A stretch of 64,000 nt of DNA from Pseudothermotoga sp. Lineage in GTDB: Bacteria > Thermotogota > Thermotogae > Thermotogales > DSM-5069. The notes beneath the pieces were generated by a model, which ran no database searches, was not told where the DNA came from, and saw only the letters and a program-made list of their open reading frames with translations. Shown piece after piece: positions 60,882-64,000 of the stretch; the first letter of the stretch is position 1, and the number at the start of each line of letters is the position of its first letter. Made by a program: the position numbers and the translations under genes. The stretch is from the NCBI GenBank assembly GCA_031962025.1, contig JAVRKW010000001.1; one strand, 5' to 3'.

Positions 60882-61703
60882 ATGAATCAGTATGTGGAAA
60901 AGGTAAAAAGTGCTGCTGAATTTCTAAAACAGAGGGTGAGTGAACTTCCTCAAATTGGCGTAATTCTCGGCTCGGGTCTTGGAAAAATCGCCGATGTACT
61001 GCAACATCCATTCAAACTTCACTACTCTGACATACCTGGTTTTCCAGTATCCACAGCACCTGGTCACAAGGGGGAGTTGATCTTTGGAAAACTCGGCGAA
61101 AAAAATGTTGTCTTGATGAATGGAAGATTCCATTATTACGAAGGATATTCCATGCAGGAGGTTACATTTCCAATCAGAGTCATGCAGTTGCTCGGCGTGA
61201 AATATTTGTTTGTGACAAATGCTTCGGGAGGGTTGAACCCTGTTTTTGATGTTGGGAAACCCATGATTATAACAGATCACATAAATTTCATGGGGGATAA
61301 CCCGTTGATAGGACCCAATATCGACGAATGGGGACCTAGATTTCCGGATATGAGTGAGCCTTATGATAGAGAACTGATCAAGCTCGCAAAAAAGGCAGCT
61401 CAGGAAGAAAAGATAGACGTCTATGAAGGTGTTTATGTTGCGGTGGCTGGTCCAAACTTCGAAACTCCCGCGGAACTGAAAATGTTCAGAAAGCTCGGTG
61501 CAGATGCCGTAGGTATGTCAACAGTTCCAGAGGTGATAGTTGCAAGACACGCTGGTATAAAAGTGCTCGGTCTTTCTGCTATAACAGACAGGGCTGTACC
61601 GGAAGATCTGAAGCCTTTGAGTGCTCAGGAAGTTCTCGAAATAGCTGAAAAAACTGGAGAAAAGATAGCCAGAATTATCCTGAGGGTTATATCTTACATG
61701 TAG
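60882..61703 (+). CDS. punA: Purine nucleoside phosphorylase
   Basis: LGSGLG, GRFHYYEG, TNASGG, GPNFETPAE and GMSTVPE motifs. Confidence 0.93.
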   Translation: MNQYVEKVKSAAEFLKQRVSELPQIGVILGSGLGKIADVLQHPFKLHYSDIPGFPVSTAPGHKGELIFGKLGEKNVVLMNGRFHYYEGYSMQEVTFPIRVMQLLGVKYLFVTNASGGLNPVFDVGKPMIITDHINFMGDNPLIGPNIDEWGPRFPDMSEPYDRELIKLAKKAAQEEKIDVYEGVYVAVAGPNFETPAELKMFRKLGADAVGMSTVPEVIVARHAGIKVLGLSAITDRAVPEDLKPLSAQEVLEIAEKTGEKIARIILRVISYM

Positions 61704-61713
61704 GAGGTGCTCA

Positions 61714-62886
61714 ATGAGGATCTTTCTGGATAATTGCAGAACCACAAAAGTATTGCCAGAAGTTATTCAGGTAGTTCAGGATTACATGGTTAATAAATTT
61801 GCAAGACCTGATGGTCTCTATCAATCTGCACAGGAAGTCTATGATGATCTGGAAAACGCAAAAGAGTTTTTTGCCAAGTCAATAAATGCCGATTCCAAAG
61901 AAGAAATAGTCTTTACTTCGGGAGCCACCGAGTCCAACAACCTGGCTATCATTGGAGTTGCCCGAGCAAACAAAAGCAAAGGCAATCATATAATTATCTC
62001 AGCACTTGAACACGGCTCGGTCATGAGCATAGCATCTTTTTTGAAAGATGAAGGCTTTGAAGTGACCGTTGTGCCTGTTGATAGCGAAGGTCTTATAAAG
62101 CTGGATGATTTGCAAAAAGCCATCAAGCCTTCCACAATACTGGTCAGTGTTATATCCATAGGTCATTTTGTTGGATCGATCATGCCGCTTGAACAAATAG
62201 GTGAGATTTTGAGTCATCAGGATCACAAGATCTATTTTCACACAGATGCAGCAGAACTGTACGCAAAATTCCCGGTCGATGTGAAAAAGATAAAGGTTGA
62301 TCTGATGAGTGTGAGTGGTCATAAATTTCACGCACCAAAAGGTGTGGGATTTTTGTATTTGAAAAAAGGAACCAAGATTGAACCTATAATGTATGGTGCA
62401 GAGTCTTTCGATAAAAGACGACCCGGTGGAGAAAATGTCCCTGGGATAATGGGAATGAAAAAAGCAGCAGAACTCGCAATTGAAAAGATGGACTCTGCTC
62501 TTGAAAGTTTAAGAGAGCTGCAGGAGTATTTCATAAACAGGGTAGAATCGGAGATCGATCACGTCATCCTGAACGGTCCAAGGGGAAAGAACAGGACACC
62601 TTACAACGTCAACTTCAGCTTTAGATTCATAGAGGGTGAAGCTATCAGTCTTGCTTTGAGTATGGAGGGAGTTGAAGTTGCAACGGGTTCGGCTTGTGCA
62701 TCAGAGAAGCTCGAACCGAATTACGCGATTCTTGCGATCGGCGGTGATCATGAAAGAGTGCATGGTTCAATCAGATTCACTTTTGACAGATTTGCAACAA
62801 AAGAGCAGATAGATTACACAGTTGAAAAGCTCAAATCGGTTGTCTCGTGGCTCAGAAAGATAAGCCCAATTAAAGATGGGAGGTGA
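61714..62886 (+). CDS. Cysteine desulfurase (IscS/NifS family), divergent copy
   Basis: FTSGATESNN, SGHKFHAPKG (PLP Lys) and TGSACAS (catalytic Cys) motifs. Confidence 0.9.
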   Translation: MRIFLDNCRTTKVLPEVIQVVQDYMVNKFARPDGLYQSAQEVYDDLENAKEFFAKSINADSKEEIVFTSGATESNNLAIIGVARANKSKGNHIIISALEHGSVMSIASFLKDEGFEVTVVPVDSEGLIKLDDLQKAIKPSTILVSVISIGHFVGSIMPLEQIGEILSHQDHKIYFHTDAAELYAKFPVDVKKIKVDLMSVSGHKFHAPKGVGFLYLKKGTKIEPIMYGAESFDKRRPGGENVPGIMGMKKAAELAIEKMDSALESLRELQEYFINRVESEIDHVILNGPRGKNRTPYNVNFSFRFIEGEAISLALSMEGVEVATGSACASEKLEPNYAILAIGGDHERVHGSIRFTFDRFATKEQIDYTVEKLKSVVSWLRKISPIKDGR

Positions 62887-62891
62887 GTTAA

Positions 62892-63296
62892 TTGCTGAAG
62901 TACACCGAACTGGTCATGGATCATTTCAAAAACCCAAGGAATTTGGGTAAAATAGACGATGCTGATGCTCAGGCAACAGAGGGTAGTGTTGCGTGCGGTG
63001 ATATGATGACCGTGTATTTGAAGATTCAGGATGATCGTATCATAGATATAAAGTTCGAATCATACGGCTGTGCCGCGAATATTGCTACGGCTTCCATGAT
63101 GACCGAAGTTGCCAAAGGGCTTTCGCTCAAAGAGGCAAAACAGTTAAGCTGGAAAGAGATTGTGGAAAAGCTCGGAGGTTTGCCACAAATAAAGTATCAT
63201 TGCAGTAATCTCGCTGTGGATACACTCAAAAAAGCAATTGAAGCATATGAAGAGTTGAAATCCAAGGAGCGCGTGAAAGATGAGAGTATATCTTGA
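62892..63296 (+). CDS. iscU: Fe-S scaffold IscU/NifU-N
   Basis: DHFKNPRN, ACGD, GCAA and KYHCS motifs. Confidence 0.92.
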   Translation: MLKYTELVMDHFKNPRNLGKIDDADAQATEGSVACGDMMTVYLKIQDDRIIDIKFESYGCAANIATASMMTEVAKGLSLKEAKQLSWKEIVEKLGGLPQIKYHCSNLAVDTLKKAIEAYEELKSKERVKDESIS

Positions 63297-64000
63297 TCAC
63301 GCAGCAACAACACCTGTTTTCAAAGAAGTGGCTCAGGAAGTAATGAAGGTTTTCACCGAGAGCTTTGGTAATGCCTCAAGTTTGCATTCTCACGGTGAAG
63401 AGGCAAAGCAGATCTACGAGAATGCCAGATCGGTTATCGCCAGGTATATAAATGTGTCGGCAGAAGAAATCTTTTTCACATCAGGTGGAACTGAATCAGA
63501 CAACATAGCCATTATGGGCTTTTTGAAAGCGAACTTCCCAGACGGTGGGCATATTATCACCACTCAGATAGAACATCCTGCTGTTTTACAGGTGGCAAAG
63601 TACTTACAAGAACACGGTTATGATGTCACATATCTAAAACCAAATTATGAAGGCTATGTCACCCCGGATGATTTCAAAAAGGCAATTAGAAGAGACACTG
63701 TCCTTGCATCTATCATGTGGGTCAATAACGAAACCGGTGTGATCCAGCCAATTGAAGAGATCTCAAAGATAGCGAAGGCACATGGAATAATTTTGCACAC
63801 CGATGCAGTTCAGGCAATTGGAAAACTGAAAATTGATGCATCTTTGGTGGATATGCTTTCGGCATCTGGTCATAAGTTTTATGCACCAAAGGGATGCGGG
63901 TTTTTGTATATAAGAAAGTCTTTAAGAGTGGATCCAATCATCTATGGTGGAGGGCACGAAAAAGGTCTGAGAAGTGGCACAGAGAACGTCCCCGGTGCAC
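63280..64000 (+). CDS. iscS: Second cysteine desulfurase (canonical IscS type), runs off the window end
   Basis: Manual translation: MRVYLDHAATTP...GNASSLH...FTSGGTESDN...MWVNNETG...HTDAVQ...SGHKFYAPKG. Not in the ORF track. Confidence 0.9.
   Translation, partial: MRVYLDHAATTPVFKEVAQEVMKVFTESFGNASSLHSHGEEAKQIYENARSVIARYINVSAEEIFFTSGGTESDNIAIMGFLKANFPDGGHIITTQIEHPAVLQVAKYLQEHGYDVTYLKPNYEGYVTPDDFKKAIRRDTVLASIMWVNNETGVIQPIEEISKIAKAHGIILHTDAVQAIGKLKIDASLVDMLSASGHKFYAPKGCGFLYIRKSLRVDPIIYGGGHEKGLRSGTENVPGA

Overview
A gene-dense chromosomal segment from a Thermotogota bacterium, most likely Pseudothermotoga or Thermotoga. This is inferred from the short 842-aa DnaE, the pgk/tpi frameshift arrangement, a DrrA/HpkA-like two-component pair and the Opp-type ABC clusters. 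Most of the window is core genome: dnaE, rluD, lspA, cheR, yebC, dnaX-ybaB, gap-pgk-tpi, EF-G2, pdp, rocD, an opp operon with two oppA paralogues, tRNA-Leu(CAG), mutL and an Fe-S assembly cluster. Highlights are as follows. (1) tpi has no usable start of its own and appears to be made as a PGK-TPI fusion by a -1 shift on an A9 run. (2) A non-autonomous IS200/IS605 element (about 37323-38911) carries a catalytically intact TnpB, an internally deleted and nonsense-mutated tnpA remnant that the ORF track missed, both end hairpins, and a TTGAT TAM; it lies directly downstream of oppF. (3) One apparent operon combines an SMS-type SufC/SufB pair (C-X20-C-X2-C tail), a purine nucleoside phosphorylase, an IscS-IscU (MIS-type) pair and a second desulfurase, behind a 19-bp DtxR-like palindrome. 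(4) An orphan trio of prepilin-like genes includes a 653-aa protein of unknown function. (5) Several candidate operators and RNA structures are present, including a Rex box, a YtrA box, palindromes at rocD and oppA, and competing hairpins over the oppB RBS. No CRISPR array, rRNA or prophage was seen. All calls were made by eye from motifs; no database searches were run.
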